From the sequence record PQ999132.1: 40,771 nucleotides of DNA; one strand, given 5' to 3'. This DNA comes from Escherichia phage BUCT789. The notes below the pieces were generated by a model. That model did no database searches, had not been told where the DNA came from, and was given only the letters and a program-made list of their open reading frames with translations. This document shows, in pieces, positions 1 to 7,834 of the stretch. The first letter of the stretch is position 1. The number at the start of each line of letters is the position of its first letter. Made by a program: the position numbers and the translations under genes.

Positions 1-239
1 TTCTCTTCTTCTGCCGGTTTAGTGTCAACTAGGTCTTCACCTTCGACCGTGATTTCTTTCGTTACTTCTTTTACAACAGTAGGCGTGATTGTTGCAGTTT
101 CTGCTACACCACTGTCGACGTCTTTACCATATGGCGCCGTGATAGCCTTCGGCAGTTCAGTACGGCGTGCACTGTTCGCAGCAATCAGTTCATGTGCAAC
201 TACGAAACGTTCCAGTAATACTAAGAATTTCTCTAACAT
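1..239 (-). CDS. acidic hypothetical protein, 5' part; gene wraps the window junction and continues at 40366-40644
   Basis: ATG at 239-237 preceded by GAGGAG; frame stays open through position 1 and resumes at window end; D/E-rich product (MLEKFLVLLERF...KYFEEE). The + strand ORF 22..312 is its antisense shadow. Confidence 0.6.
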   Translation of the reverse strand, partial: MLEKFLVLLERFVVAHELIAANSARRTELPKAITAPYGKDVDSGVAETATITPTVVKEVTKEITVEGEDLVDTKPAEEE

Positions 240-270
240 TATTTATTCTCCTCTCGTTTGGTATGGGCTA

Positions 271-299
271 ACTATAATAGCGAACTATTCACTTGTCAA
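271..299 (-). promoter_or_regulatory. sigma70-like promoter, TTGACA-N17-TATAGT (read on minus strand), for the leftward replication operon
   Basis: + strand tgtcaa at 294-299 and actata at 271-276 with a 17-nt spacer; same architecture at 34824-34852 and 38480-38508. Confidence 0.5.
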
Positions 300-303
300 T
301 GGG

Positions 304-332
304 CTTTTCTAAAATAATTAATATGGTACTAT
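304..332 (+). promoter_or_regulatory. weak promoter-like element, TACTAT -10 with poor -35, upstream of the HTH gene
   Basis: TACTATTCACAT at 327-338 matches the -10 and leader of the TTGCAC-N17-TACTAT family; the -35 (cttttc) is weak. Confidence 0.3.
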
Positions 333-363
333 TCACATATCAACTGACTAAGGAGTAATTGAC

Positions 364-579
364 ATGCAACCATCTGAACTAGGCATCCGTGTAGAACAGC
401 GCCGTAAAGAACTCGGTATTTCTCAGCGCCGTCTGGCTGTCCTGACCGGCGTTTCCCAGGGTGCAATTAACCAGCTTGCACTCGGGGTAACGCGGGACGT
501 CCGCCCAGCAACGCTGTTTAAACTGGCGGAAGTGCTAGAGGTAGACGCCAAGTGGCTGGCGTTCGGTGAAGGGGCTTAA
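364..579 (+). CDS. XRE-family helix-turn-helix transcriptional regulator (Cro/CI-like)
   Basis: 71 aa; RBS AAGGAG; HTH signature LGISQRRLAVLTGVSQGAINQL; divergent from the leftward operon. Confidence 0.8.
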   Translation: MQPSELGIRVEQRRKELGISQRRLAVLTGVSQGAINQLALGVTRDVRPATLFKLAEVLEVDAKWLAFGEGA

Positions 580-594
580 CGCCCCTTTCTTTTT
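571..594 (+). terminator. rho-independent terminator at the end of the HTH gene
   Basis: ggggc-ttaac-gcccc hairpin followed by tttcttttt; the stop codon sits in the loop. Confidence 0.55.
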
Positions 595-596
595 GC

Positions 597-2855
597 CTAT
601 TCCAAATCTTCCTCGGTCGCTATCAGCATCTCATTCGGTTCGTATATCGTCTTCGGTCTTAATCTGTCCCCCATCTTTTCAGGTATCCGGTATGTGCCTG
701 GTATAACTTCACCGTTAACATCGCACCCGAGCATCAACTCACCGTCTTTCAGCATCTTCTCAAGATGGTGGTTGGTGATGGCGTGGTCCCCCGAGTTCGC
801 CACTATCTGCCGTTGGGTGAAACCTCGTCCGGTGTCGTCTGACTGTTGCAGGTCTTCCAACGCGGCAAGTATTGATTCCTTACGCCCTTCATCCTTCCCA
901 CGTTTTACCGCGTTCTTTACGTTTTCTTTACCTTCTTTCGTCAGCCCTTCTTCCCGCTCTTTCTCCTCGTCAGTCTTGAACGGCTCGAAGCCCCACGGCA
1001 TCAGTACAAGCGCCTTGTGTGGTTCTGGCAGGTCGAGGTTTACGATTGTGCCATATTCCTCTGTGCTACCGAGGAACTCAACCGCGCGGTACTCTTTCGG
1101 CGGCGGCGCTTCACGGAACTGTACCGACTCCAGCACCATGCCAACCGTCTTCTGTTGAGGCCCATGCTTAAATTTCGAGTGGTATACGTTTATCTGGCGG
1201 TCGGTAGCGCGCTCAATTGTCAGCTCCACATCAACACCGGCATACAGCGCCCCGCTACCACGGGCTTTCTTTCCACCCTTAGGCGTATGGTGGACGACAC
1301 CCACAGCGGCTTTAGTTGCGTCGCGTACTTTTTTAAGGATGGCGATAACTTTACCCATGCCAATTGCAGTTGATGAACTGTTCTCGTCGAACTTGTCAAT
1401 TGTCAGGGCCAGCGTCTGGTTGAGGGTATCGAACGCGACCATACCAATAGGCTCGTCCCCTGCAGCTTCACGCATCCTGCGGATTAGCGCGGGGATTTTT
1501 TTATCACCATGCGCGGCGAGCACCTCACCCATATCAATGACATGTACGTAATCTTTACCTTCCTCGCCATATTTAGCCGCGAGTGCATCTATACGTGTGC
1601 GGGTAGCTGCGCCGCCCTCACCGTCGATATAAAAATGGTGGCAACGCTGCGTATCAGCTCCCGCAAACCGGTATCCGGCGGCGCTCAGGTACATCATCCC
1701 CAGCGTATAGAACGATTTGTACGTGCCGGATTCCCCAACAATATCCCAGATGCAATCTGACGGCATGTACCCCTCAACGACGAAATCAGCCTTTACCGGT
1801 TCAGGTAGCTCGTCCTCTTCTGAGTCATCATCGTCTTCCAGGTCGTCGAGGCTGCATGAAACAGATTCACGCACACCCCATCCGATAGCCTCGGCGACTT
1901 CACTGAACGGCAGCCCGGTCGCATCACACGCGTATTTCCACACTTCTTTCGGGGGCATTCCTTCGGTCGCGGCAATGTCGGTGTCGTGAATCATGGTTAC
2001 GTTCGGCGCTTCGTATCCCTCGCGCGGGAAACATAACAGGAAGTCGTCCGGGCGTGGTGTCGGGTCGCTGTAGTTTTCTGCGTGTTCTGGCGTAGCTGGC
2101 ATCTTAAGGCCACGCGGCGTCATGATGCCGCCGTACTCGAATGCCAGTGCTTCAAACGCATCTGTAAACGCGGTGCGCAGTTCTTCCGGTATCTGGTAAT
2201 CAGATGCGCTGCTGATGTCAACGGCTGGGACGCCTTCCAGTAACTCATCAGGGTCAATCAGGTCGTTGCGGCGCGACCAGATAACGGTAGCGCCGACAGG
2301 AGGCAAGTACATCGGCTGCGAAAGAGTGAACCCGCTGCGGTCGGCGCCCATGCCTTTGAAGAAGTGTTCCAGTAACCCATGACGAACGCGGATGATGTCA
2401 CCGCCTTCAACCGGGCTGGCCAGCGGCATGACGACACGAAAGCGCGGTGACTCATCTGTATGTGACGCCGTGGTATACAGGCACATCGCCCGGCGGCTAC
2501 GCTTAACCAGGCGCACCGCTTCTTGATACTCTTCCGGTGTTGCACTGTCGAAGTCCAGATACGCCAGCGACGATTTGCTTACAGACGCGTCACAGCGATA
2601 GAAGAAGCCTTTACGCGCTTGCTTAAAGTCACCGGTTTCCGGGTCTTTTACGGTGCTGTGCGTAGAGTCGCACGCGGCTGTGATATAGCCGGGGGCGGTC
2701 TTCGGGTTAATCCCGTCGCGAACGGCATCGAGCGGCTGAATTAACTCTTTCAGGTCGTCCAGTGTTGCCGTGTGTGTGGTTCTGACGTTTATATCCTTTT
2801 TCTCTGCCCGCGCGTTGCGACGTGACCACGAGTAGGATAAAATTACATCGGACAT
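597..2855 (-). CDS. DNA primase/helicase (RepA-like RecA-fold ATPase with N-terminal primase-like domain)
   Basis: 752 aa; Walker A GESGTYKS in the C-terminal half; large N-terminal domain; ends in EEDLE. Confidence 0.75.
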   Translation of the reverse strand: MSDVILSYSWSRRNARAEKKDINVRTTHTATLDDLKELIQPLDAVRDGINPKTAPGYITAACDSTHSTVKDPETGDFKQARKGFFYRCDASVSKSSLAYLDFDSATPEEYQEAVRLVKRSRRAMCLYTTASHTDESPRFRVVMPLASPVEGGDIIRVRHGLLEHFFKGMGADRSGFTLSQPMYLPPVGATVIWSRRNDLIDPDELLEGVPAVDISSASDYQIPEELRTAFTDAFEALAFEYGGIMTPRGLKMPATPEHAENYSDPTPRPDDFLLCFPREGYEAPNVTMIHDTDIAATEGMPPKEVWKYACDATGLPFSEVAEAIGWGVRESVSCSLDDLEDDDDSEEDELPEPVKADFVVEGYMPSDCIWDIVGESGTYKSFYTLGMMYLSAAGYRFAGADTQRCHHFYIDGEGGAATRTRIDALAAKYGEEGKDYVHVIDMGEVLAAHGDKKIPALIRRMREAAGDEPIGMVAFDTLNQTLALTIDKFDENSSSTAIGMGKVIAILKKVRDATKAAVGVVHHTPKGGKKARGSGALYAGVDVELTIERATDRQINVYHSKFKHGPQQKTVGMVLESVQFREAPPPKEYRAVEFLGSTEEYGTIVNLDLPEPHKALVLMPWGFEPFKTDEEKEREEGLTKEGKENVKNAVKRGKDEGRKESILAALEDLQQSDDTGRGFTQRQIVANSGDHAITNHHLEKMLKDGELMLGCDVNGEVIPGTYRIPEKMGDRLRPKTIYEPNEMLIATEEDLE

Positions 2856-2913
2856 GTTGTATTTCCTTCAGCAAGTAATTTGGCCTCGGCGTTCACCGCG
2901 TCGGGGCTTTCTT

Positions 2914-3147
2914 TTATTCCAGGTCTTCTAAAGTAGCGGTCATTCCGCGAACTTCAGCAACAGCACTATATTTCCCGCCAACATTCTTCACGACACCGGA
3001 TTTAACCAGTACCTTCAACGACCCTTCAATAATGGCGGAACTATAGTACCTAAAATAACTACGGCGCAAGTCCATAACGCTGCACGACCCTTTTTTACGG
3101 GTTAATGAAACGACTGCCGTAAATACGCGGGACTGGAACTCGGTCAT
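2914..3147 (-). CDS. hypothetical protein (77 aa)
   Basis: ORF overlaps the upstream gene stop by 4 nt (coupled); C-terminus LEDLE. Confidence 0.55.
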   Translation of the reverse strand: MTEFQSRVFTAVVSLTRKKGSCSVMDLRRSYFRYYSSAIIEGSLKVLVKSGVVKNVGGKYSAVAEVRGMTATLEDLE

Positions 3148-3347
3148 TTTACATTCTCCTTAATCCACGCTTCCACTTTCTCCGGGTCGAAAGTACCCGG
3201 CTGCCGGCGGCCCATAATACGGATACAACAATCCGGGAACTTCCCACTCTTTAACCAGTTATTCAGCGTGCGACGGGTAACCCCGATACGCTCGGCTACT
3301 TCATTCTGTGTCATTCTCAAATCCCCATTATCAGTTAACGAAAACAA
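3144..3347 (-). CDS. AlpA/excisionase-like HTH DNA-binding protein
   Basis: Motif MTQNEVAERIGVTRRTLNNWLKSGKFP; start may instead be the internal ATG at 3314, which has a GGGGA RBS. Confidence 0.65.
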   Translation of the reverse strand: MFSLTDNGDLRMTQNEVAERIGVTRRTLNNWLKSGKFPDCCIRIMGRRQPGTFDPEKVEAWIKENVK

Positions 3348-3748
3348 GTATACATTGCGAATAATGGGAAATCAAACATAATCGCACCTATTGACATTAT
3401 GAAAATCTTCGTTTAAGGTGCTTCTGTATCTTAGTTACTTTGATTCTTGTTCACCTTGTAAAACCCGCCGAAAACGAGCGCCCAACGCGAAGTGTTAGGC
3501 GGCAGTTTACTGAACATTCGAATTATCGTAACTTTCCTTCCTAAGTATCTCCGGTTGCCCTGGGCAAGCTCTATTCTCATCGACGGCATATCTCTTAAGT
3601 ATCTGATTTTCTTAATGTGCCGTAGATTCGCAACCGTAAAAATGTAACGATTAGTGGGCAGGCTTAAGGCCTGCCCTTTAGTTACCAAGTAATAAGAATA
3701 AAGGCACAACCCTCACTAAAGAACCACAACGGCAACGTAACTTTTCTC

Positions 3749-3777
3749 TTGCACACCCCAACATAATAGGATACTAT
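3749..3777 (+). promoter_or_regulatory. promoter, TTGCAC-N17-TACTAT with conserved spacer ATAATAGG
   Basis: TTGCAC 3749-3754, TACTAT 3772-3777; conserved leader TTATCGAAACGAG then RBS GAGGAG; near-identical copies at 5188-5216 and 22864-22892. Confidence 0.55.
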
Positions 3778-3811
3778 TCACTTATCGAAACGAGACAGAG
3801 GAGTGAGGGTT

Positions 3812-4003
3812 ATGTTTAAACGTGGTCAGTTGGCTAAAACGAAGCGAGGCGAACAGTACGTAATAGTGTTGCAGGACGAGAACGAGTATGACGAGGATAA
3901 GCTGGTTGACGTATGGGGTCTGGTAAGAAAGAAACCCGGGTTCGCCTTACGCGATAATCTGAAACTCATCGGCAACAATTTTAAATTCAAAGGGGTGAAG
4001 TGA
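3812..4003 (+). CDS. hypothetical protein
   Basis: ATG 3812 with GAGGAG RBS; track ORF 3803..4003 uses an upstream GTG. Confidence 0.6.
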   Translation: MFKRGQLAKTKRGEQYVIVLQDENEYDEDKLVDVWGLVRKKPGFALRDNLKLIGNNFKFKGVK

Positions 4004-4257
4004 TGGAAGAATTAATTTGTATTGAATCCAGCCAGGATGTGCAGGATTGGTTTGTTAAAGGTAACAGATATTCGTCCGGAGTATATTCCGACGGCCGTCG
4101 ATATGTTTTAGACGAAGACGGTGATGAATGGGATTTAAATGACGATGTAAGAGAAACTTTAACCGTTAGCAGGGTCAATGCTGTTTCTGCCTCATTCACA
4201 ACGGCATCGAATCATGATGCTCGTGCCGACGACTCTGAGGGAGGTTGCCGTGAATAA
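4003..4257 (+). CDS. acidic hypothetical protein
   Basis: ATG overlaps the upstream stop (TGATG); D/E-rich product. Confidence 0.6.
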   Translation: MEELICIESSQDVQDWFVKGNRYSSGVYSDGRRYVLDEDGDEWDLNDDVRETLTVSRVNAVSASFTTASNHDARADDSEGGCRE

Positions 4258-4305
4258 TTACCCGTTTATTTTAATAGTCAGCGCCGTTTATGTGGTGCAT
4301 GCGTT

Positions 4306-4539
4306 ATGGGGGCCGGTATGAGAAAACACATAATAAAGGTAGACCATCTGGACGGAGTTAAATTGCCGACGAATAAAGTAGAAACGTGGTGTGGGGCCAC
4401 TCCATCGTACGGTGAATGGCTGTTCCAGGATGCTCAACACGCCTTAATTGCTGTAGAAAACGGATTCAGGCAAGAGCCTTGCGCACAGTGTTTATCCGCT
4501 ATCGCCCAGATCGCAACTCAGGCGTTAAGTGAGGACTAA
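4306..4539 (+). CDS. hypothetical protein
   Basis: 77-aa ORF; alternative ATG at 4318. Confidence 0.55.
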   Translation: MGAGMRKHIIKVDHLDGVKLPTNKVETWCGATPSYGEWLFQDAQHALIAVENGFRQEPCAQCLSAIAQIATQALSED

Positions 4540-4542
4540 GTT

Positions 4543-4686
4543 ATGAGAGAAGCATTCGAACGGTGGGCCGTCGTCGAGGGTCTGCCGGTTAACAAGGGTT
4601 CGAAGAAAGAGTACCTGAACGTTAAGACGCGTCTCGCGTGGCGGGCGTGGAAAGCTGGTGTGTTGTTTATCGCGAATCGGAGGTGA
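4543..4686 (+). CDS. small hypothetical protein (47 aa)
   Basis: ATG 4543 with GAGGA RBS; fills the gap between flanking genes; stop 3 nt before the next ATG. Confidence 0.4.
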   Translation: MREAFERWAVVEGLPVNKGSKKEYLNVKTRLAWRAWKAGVLFIANRR

Positions 4687-4689
4687 TTT

Positions 4690-4875
4690 ATGGGTGAGTG
4701 GATTAAGTGTAGTGAGCGGATGCCTGAGCCTTATGAATACGTTCTTGTAACTGATTGTTTTGTTGGCTGTGAGGTTATGCGTGTTAATTCAGATGGCTAC
4801 TGGGGGCCTGCAAAGAGTTTATATCACGGTGATATAACGCACTGGATGCCGTTACCTGAGCCGCCGGAGGTGTGA
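4690..4875 (+). CDS. DUF551-like small phage protein
   Basis: 61 aa with EW...PE...VLV...HWMPLPEPPE pattern recalled for DUF551; not verified by search. Confidence 0.55.
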   Translation: MGEWIKCSERMPEPYEYVLVTDCFVGCEVMRVNSDGYWGPAKSLYHGDITHWMPLPEPPEV

Positions 4876-5009
4876 TGTTCAATAGTTTGGGATTTTACTG
4901 AGTGACTTACGCTGCTACACAGCAGCGTACAACTTTAGATTAGTGTCGTCAAAAAGCGACACTTTCACCAAACGCAACAATAGAAGCGACTATTGCAGGA
5001 GATGCAACA

Positions 5010-5180
5010 ATGAAACTGAATGACATCGTAACCTGGACTGGTAGAAACGGAGAAAAGCGATTCGGGCTTATTGTTGCGTCAGACGGCAACAAGTACCGTG
5101 TTATGCGATGGCGTCAGTGGGCACGACGCCCGAGGTACTACTGGATTCGTGGCGAACGATTATCTTTAAAACACCAATAA
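5010..5180 (+). CDS. small hypothetical protein (56 aa)
   Basis: ATG 5010 preceded by AGGAG; lies upstream of the 5188 promoter copy. Confidence 0.45.
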   Translation: MKLNDIVTWTGRNGEKRFGLIVASDGNKYRVMRWRQWARRPRYYWIRGERLSLKHQ

Positions 5181-5187
5181 AATTTAC

Positions 5188-5216
5188 TTGCACACACAGA
5201 TATAATAGACTACTAT
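5188..5216 (+). promoter_or_regulatory. promoter, TTGCAC-N17-TACTAT (second copy)
   Basis: TTGCAC 5188-5193, TACTAT 5211-5216; same spacer core and TTATCGAAACGAG leader as 3749-3777. Confidence 0.55.
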
Positions 5217-5245
5217 TCAGTTATCGAAACGAGAGGAGAGAGAAG

Positions 5246-5383
5246 ATGGGCTGGTACGGTAGCTGGGCATTAGGTGAACTGGTAGACGCTTACGAAATAA
5301 TGGGTAGCACTTCGGTATGCGACGGTGACACTAAATCGCTGCTAGTCGGGGTCGATGAGAAAAGGGGTGAAGACGATGAATAA
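5246..5383 (+). CDS. small hypothetical protein (45 aa)
   Basis: ATG 5246 after RBS GAGAGGAGAG; the upstream part of track ORF 5108..5383 is promoter sequence. Confidence 0.45.
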   Translation: MGWYGSWALGELVDAYEIMGSTSVCDGDTKSLLVGVDEKRGEDDE

Positions 5384-5531
5384 TTTCGTGGTGCAAGCAA
5401 TGTACGCTGAGGAAATGGCAAAAAGTATGTTAGAGCAAACATTACATTTCGCTAAGCTGCAAGGGTTCGACGTACAGACAGTAGGCGACGAAATAGTATT
5501 GACCGAGAAGTCGGAGAACGGCGATGAGTAA
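5376..5531 (+). CDS. small hypothetical protein (51 aa)
   Basis: ATG 5376 with AAGGGG RBS; overlaps neighbours at both ends. Confidence 0.4.
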   Translation: MNNFVVQAMYAEEMAKSMLEQTLHFAKLQGFDVQTVGDEIVLTEKSENGDE

Positions 5532-5883
5532 CAATGACGCAGTAATCGAGTTCCTGTTTAACCAACTACAGCAGCAGCTAACGAACAACCCATACAAGCA
5601 ACAGTGTGAAGACCTGGCGCATGAGGTGCAGTCACTTAAGAATCAGTTACGCGATATGTCGGAGCTGGTGGATGCGCTACCGGGGACGATAACGTTAATG
5701 AACGGGAAATCTAGTTGCCGTAAAGAAGACGCGCAGGAATGCGAGCATGATTGGTTGCATAGTAAACACAAAAGCGGCTTCGTTTGCTTTAAGTGTGGGG
5801 CGCGCGAAGAGTGTGAACACGATTGGTACTTTTACGATAAAGGCGCGTCGATGATGTGCAAGAAATGCGGGCTGAAGAAATGA
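5524..5883 (+). CDS. zinc-ribbon protein with two CEHDW...CxKCG units
   Basis: 119 aa; ECEHDW...CFKCG and ECEHDW...CKKCG repeats; paralogous unit in 8369..8608. Confidence 0.65.
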   Translation: MSNNDAVIEFLFNQLQQQLTNNPYKQQCEDLAHEVQSLKNQLRDMSELVDALPGTITLMNGKSSCRKEDAQECEHDWLHSKHKSGFVCFKCGAREECEHDWYFYDKGASMMCKKCGLKK

Positions 5884-6083
5884 CCAGCATCCTCTTTATC
5901 TGGGTACTGTCCGCAGGCCAGATGCAACTGGCGGCAGCAGAAACGTTTTATTCGATGGAGGCGTGCCAGTCAGCGGCACGCGCCGCAGAGAACGCGCACT
6001 TCCTGTTTCAGGGCGACAAGCCCAACGATTCAGAGGTACGCGCTATCTGCTCACCTAAGCGACTTGGTAAACAGGAGAGATAA
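5880..6083 (+). CDS. small protein with N-terminal hydrophobic segment
   Basis: ATG 5880 overlaps upstream stop (ATGA); N-terminus MTSILFIWVLSAG. Confidence 0.5.
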   Translation: MTSILFIWVLSAGQMQLAAAETFYSMEACQSAARAAENAHFLFQGDKPNDSEVRAICSPKRLGKQER

Positions 6084-6376
6084 TGTCTCTTGCAACTGAC
6101 ATCCTGAAACGAAGCGGCCTTGCGCCGCTGTCACCGAGAGCGAAGACACGTATACACAAGCGTCGCCGTAACGTGCTGTACCCAGAGATACAAGAACGGC
6201 GTAAAGCTATCCGCGCCTGTGGATTCCAGAACGGAAAGGCCGTGAATCTCGGTGAGTTTAAAACACAGGAACGCGCAGCTATCGCTAATCGGCTATTTAA
6301 TTACTGGAAATCGCTGGGGTACGATGATATTCCGACGAAACCGCAGAGACGGCAATACATCTGGAGACACAAATAA
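6083..6376 (+). CDS. basic hypothetical protein (97 aa)
   Basis: ORF directly after the previous stop; K/R-rich. Confidence 0.55.
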   Translation: MSLATDILKRSGLAPLSPRAKTRIHKRRRNVLYPEIQERRKAIRACGFQNGKAVNLGEFKTQERAAIANRLFNYWKSLGYDDIPTKPQRRQYIWRHK

Positions 6377-6385
6377 ACCGTTATT

Positions 6386-6446
6386 AGGATAATTCCTACC
6401 CGTGGTATCCTCCAGTTACTGCATACTTAATACGCACCTGGAGGAT
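6386..6446 (+). promoter_or_regulatory. alternative RNA hairpins over the holin ribosome-binding site
   Basis: Perfect 9-bp inverted repeat atcctccag (6407-6415) / ctggaggat (6438-6446), the latter containing the holin SD; competing aggata (6386-6391) / tatcct (6406-6411) pairing. Confidence 0.45.
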
Positions 6447-6451
6447 TCATC

Positions 6452-6760
6452 TTGGATAAATTTACTGAAACAGTGACGGGCTGGCTTCTCGCTGCCGCAC
6501 TCGCCGGAGGGGTCATCGGACTACGACAACATAAGTCCGTTATTTCTGGCCCTATCGACGGCTTCTGCTTCATCGCTACTGGTTTCGCCTGCGCCGTATT
6601 TGGCGCCCCTCTTGCAGCTCAATGGTTCGGTATCACGGGCGACCGTGAAATCGCTGGCCTGGGCTTTATCATCGCTATTCTCTGGATGCCTATTTATTCC
6701 CGTCTCTCCGGTATTGTTGCCGGAGAATACATCTCACGTCGAGGAGGCCCGGATGAATGA
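6452..6760 (+). CDS. holin (class I-like, three predicted TMDs)
   Basis: TTG start 7 nt after GGAGGA; three hydrophobic segments; directly upstream of the endolysin. Confidence 0.65.
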   Translation: MDKFTETVTGWLLAAALAGGVIGLRQHKSVISGPIDGFCFIATGFACAVFGAPLAAQWFGITGDREIAGLGFIIAILWMPIYSRLSGIVAGEYISRRGGPDE

Positions 6761-7025
6761 GTTATTCTGGTTCGGCGGTATGCTGGCAATAGGGGGTACA
6801 TCGCTGTTTAATGTGTATCACCCCAGCGTTGACGATGGGCTATTTGGTCGTGTGCTCTATATCCTGACAGCTATCGTCTGCGCCGCCGGGTGTATCCACC
6901 TGTTACAGGGCAGCATGTCGCCCACGTTGCCTGAGACATTAATCACATTAGTTGCACTGCGCCAGATTCGCCAGGCGTGGCTGTCATATGGAGGACATAA
7001 GCGTGTCTCGAAACATTTCAGATAA
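6753..7025 (+). CDS. small membrane protein (second holin or antiholin candidate)
   Basis: ATG 6753 overlaps the holin stop (ATGAATGA); two hydrophobic segments; part of track ORF 6600..7025. Confidence 0.5.
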   Translation: MNELFWFGGMLAIGGTSLFNVYHPSVDDGLFGRVLYILTAIVCAAGCIHLLQGSMSPTLPETLITLVALRQIRQAWLSYGGHKRVSKHFR

Positions 7026-7488
7026 TGGATTGCATTTTACCGCTGCGTTCGAGGGATTCCGCGGAACTGCGTATCGTGCTACGCCTAACGAGAAGTACCT
7101 TACTATAGGCTACGGGCACTATGGGCCTGACGTAACCCCGGGTAAGACCATCACACCGGGACAGGGCTTGCTGTTACTGAATCGCGATATGGCTAAGGCT
7201 GTAGCTGCTGTTGACGCAGCAGCACACCATTCACTGACACAGGCACAGTTCGATGCAGTGTGCGACCTGGTATATAACGCAGGTGCTGGTGTGATTGGGG
7301 TTACTACCGGAACCGGTAAGGCGCTACATAGCGGTGATATTTCGACGCTGCGGGCTAAACTGGCGCTGTTCATCAACCAGAACGGCAAACCGTTACTCGG
7401 CCTGCGTCGCCGTACCGCAGGCCGCCTGGCGCTGTTCGATGGCAAGCCGTGGCAAGAGGCTGAGGCTATCGGGAGGGCTGTTAAATGA
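6988..7488 (+). CDS. endolysin, GH24 lysozyme-like muramidase
   Basis: FEGFRGTAYR...LTIGYGH matches the T4/lambda lysozyme catalytic region; no N-terminal signal-anchor. Confidence 0.8.
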   Translation: MEDISVSRNISDNGLHFTAAFEGFRGTAYRATPNEKYLTIGYGHYGPDVTPGKTITPGQGLLLLNRDMAKAVAAVDAAAHHSLTQAQFDAVCDLVYNAGAGVIGVTTGTGKALHSGDISTLRAKLALFINQNGKPLLGLRRRTAGRLALFDGKPWQEAEAIGRAVK

Positions 7489-7615
7489 TGGACGAATATG
7501 AAGGCGTTTAGTAAACTTATCCCTACGCTGTTTGTGCTTGCATACTAAGCCCCGGTAAACCCGAAGCAGCAGCCCAAGCGGTGGAGACTGCGTAGGGTTC
7601 AGGGGCTTATGACCG

Positions 7616-7645
7616 AAACCCGGACCGCGAATCCGGGTTTTATTT
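7616..7645 (+). terminator. rho-independent terminator
   Basis: cccgg/ccggg stem followed by ttttatttt. Confidence 0.6.
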
Positions 7646-7651
7646 TACCAA

Positions 7652-7680
7652 TTGACACCTAAGACTAATCCGACGATACT
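7652..7680 (+). promoter_or_regulatory. sigma70-like promoter, TTGACA-N17-GATACT
   Basis: TTGACA 7652-7657, 17-nt spacer, GATACT 7675-7680; only about 45 nt upstream of a terminator. Confidence 0.4.
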
Positions 7681-7686
7681 TAAATC

Positions 7687-7750
7687 ACCTCCTGTTCCAT
7701 CCCTCTGCTCTCCAGTTTTATCCCGGCCCTGACCCAGCCGGGATTTTTTT
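7687..7750 (+). ncRNA. candidate small RNA (about 60-65 nt) between promoter and terminator
   Basis: No ORF; contains AUCACCUCCU resembling the 16S rRNA 3' end, then terminator hairpin. Confidence 0.3.
7720..7750 (+). terminator. rho-independent terminator
   Basis: atcccggc/gccgggat stem followed by a 7-T tract. Confidence 0.65.
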
Positions 7751-7772
7751 ATCTGTTTTCCACAATGACTAG

Positions 7773-7801
7773 TTGACTATTACCATCGACCCTATTATAT
7801 T
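7773..7801 (+). promoter_or_regulatory. sigma70-like promoter, TTGACT-N17-TATATT
   Basis: TTGACT 7773-7778, exact 17-nt spacer, TATATT 7796-7801; drives the 7835-9589 small-gene block. Confidence 0.55.
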
Positions 7802-7834
7802 TACTCCATCGACAACGAGAACGGAGTATAGAAG

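Noticed and set aside
22-312. 96-aa + strand ORF at the window start
   Set aside because: Low-complexity S/T/V-rich product with no RBS; it is the antisense of the better-supported minus-strand acidic gene.
694-2744. Multiple + strand ORFs (70-154 aa) inside the primase-helicase gene
   Set aside because: All lie antisense or out of frame within a 752-aa gene with recognisable motifs; no RBS and low-complexity products.
3431-3709. 92-aa minus-strand ORF in the large intergenic region
   Set aside because: No RBS, odd composition, and it overlaps hairpin and promoter elements; treated as non-coding.
7488-7540. 16-codon ORF (MKAFSKLIPTLFVLAY) right after the endolysin
   Set aside because: Too short and without convincing RBS; possibly a leader peptide but not reportable as a gene.
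7541-7645. Possible tRNA (CGAATCC T-loop-like sequence near 7628)
   Set aside because: No cloverleaf could be drawn; the sequence is the loop of a terminator hairpin. No tRNA found here or in the other intergenic regions.
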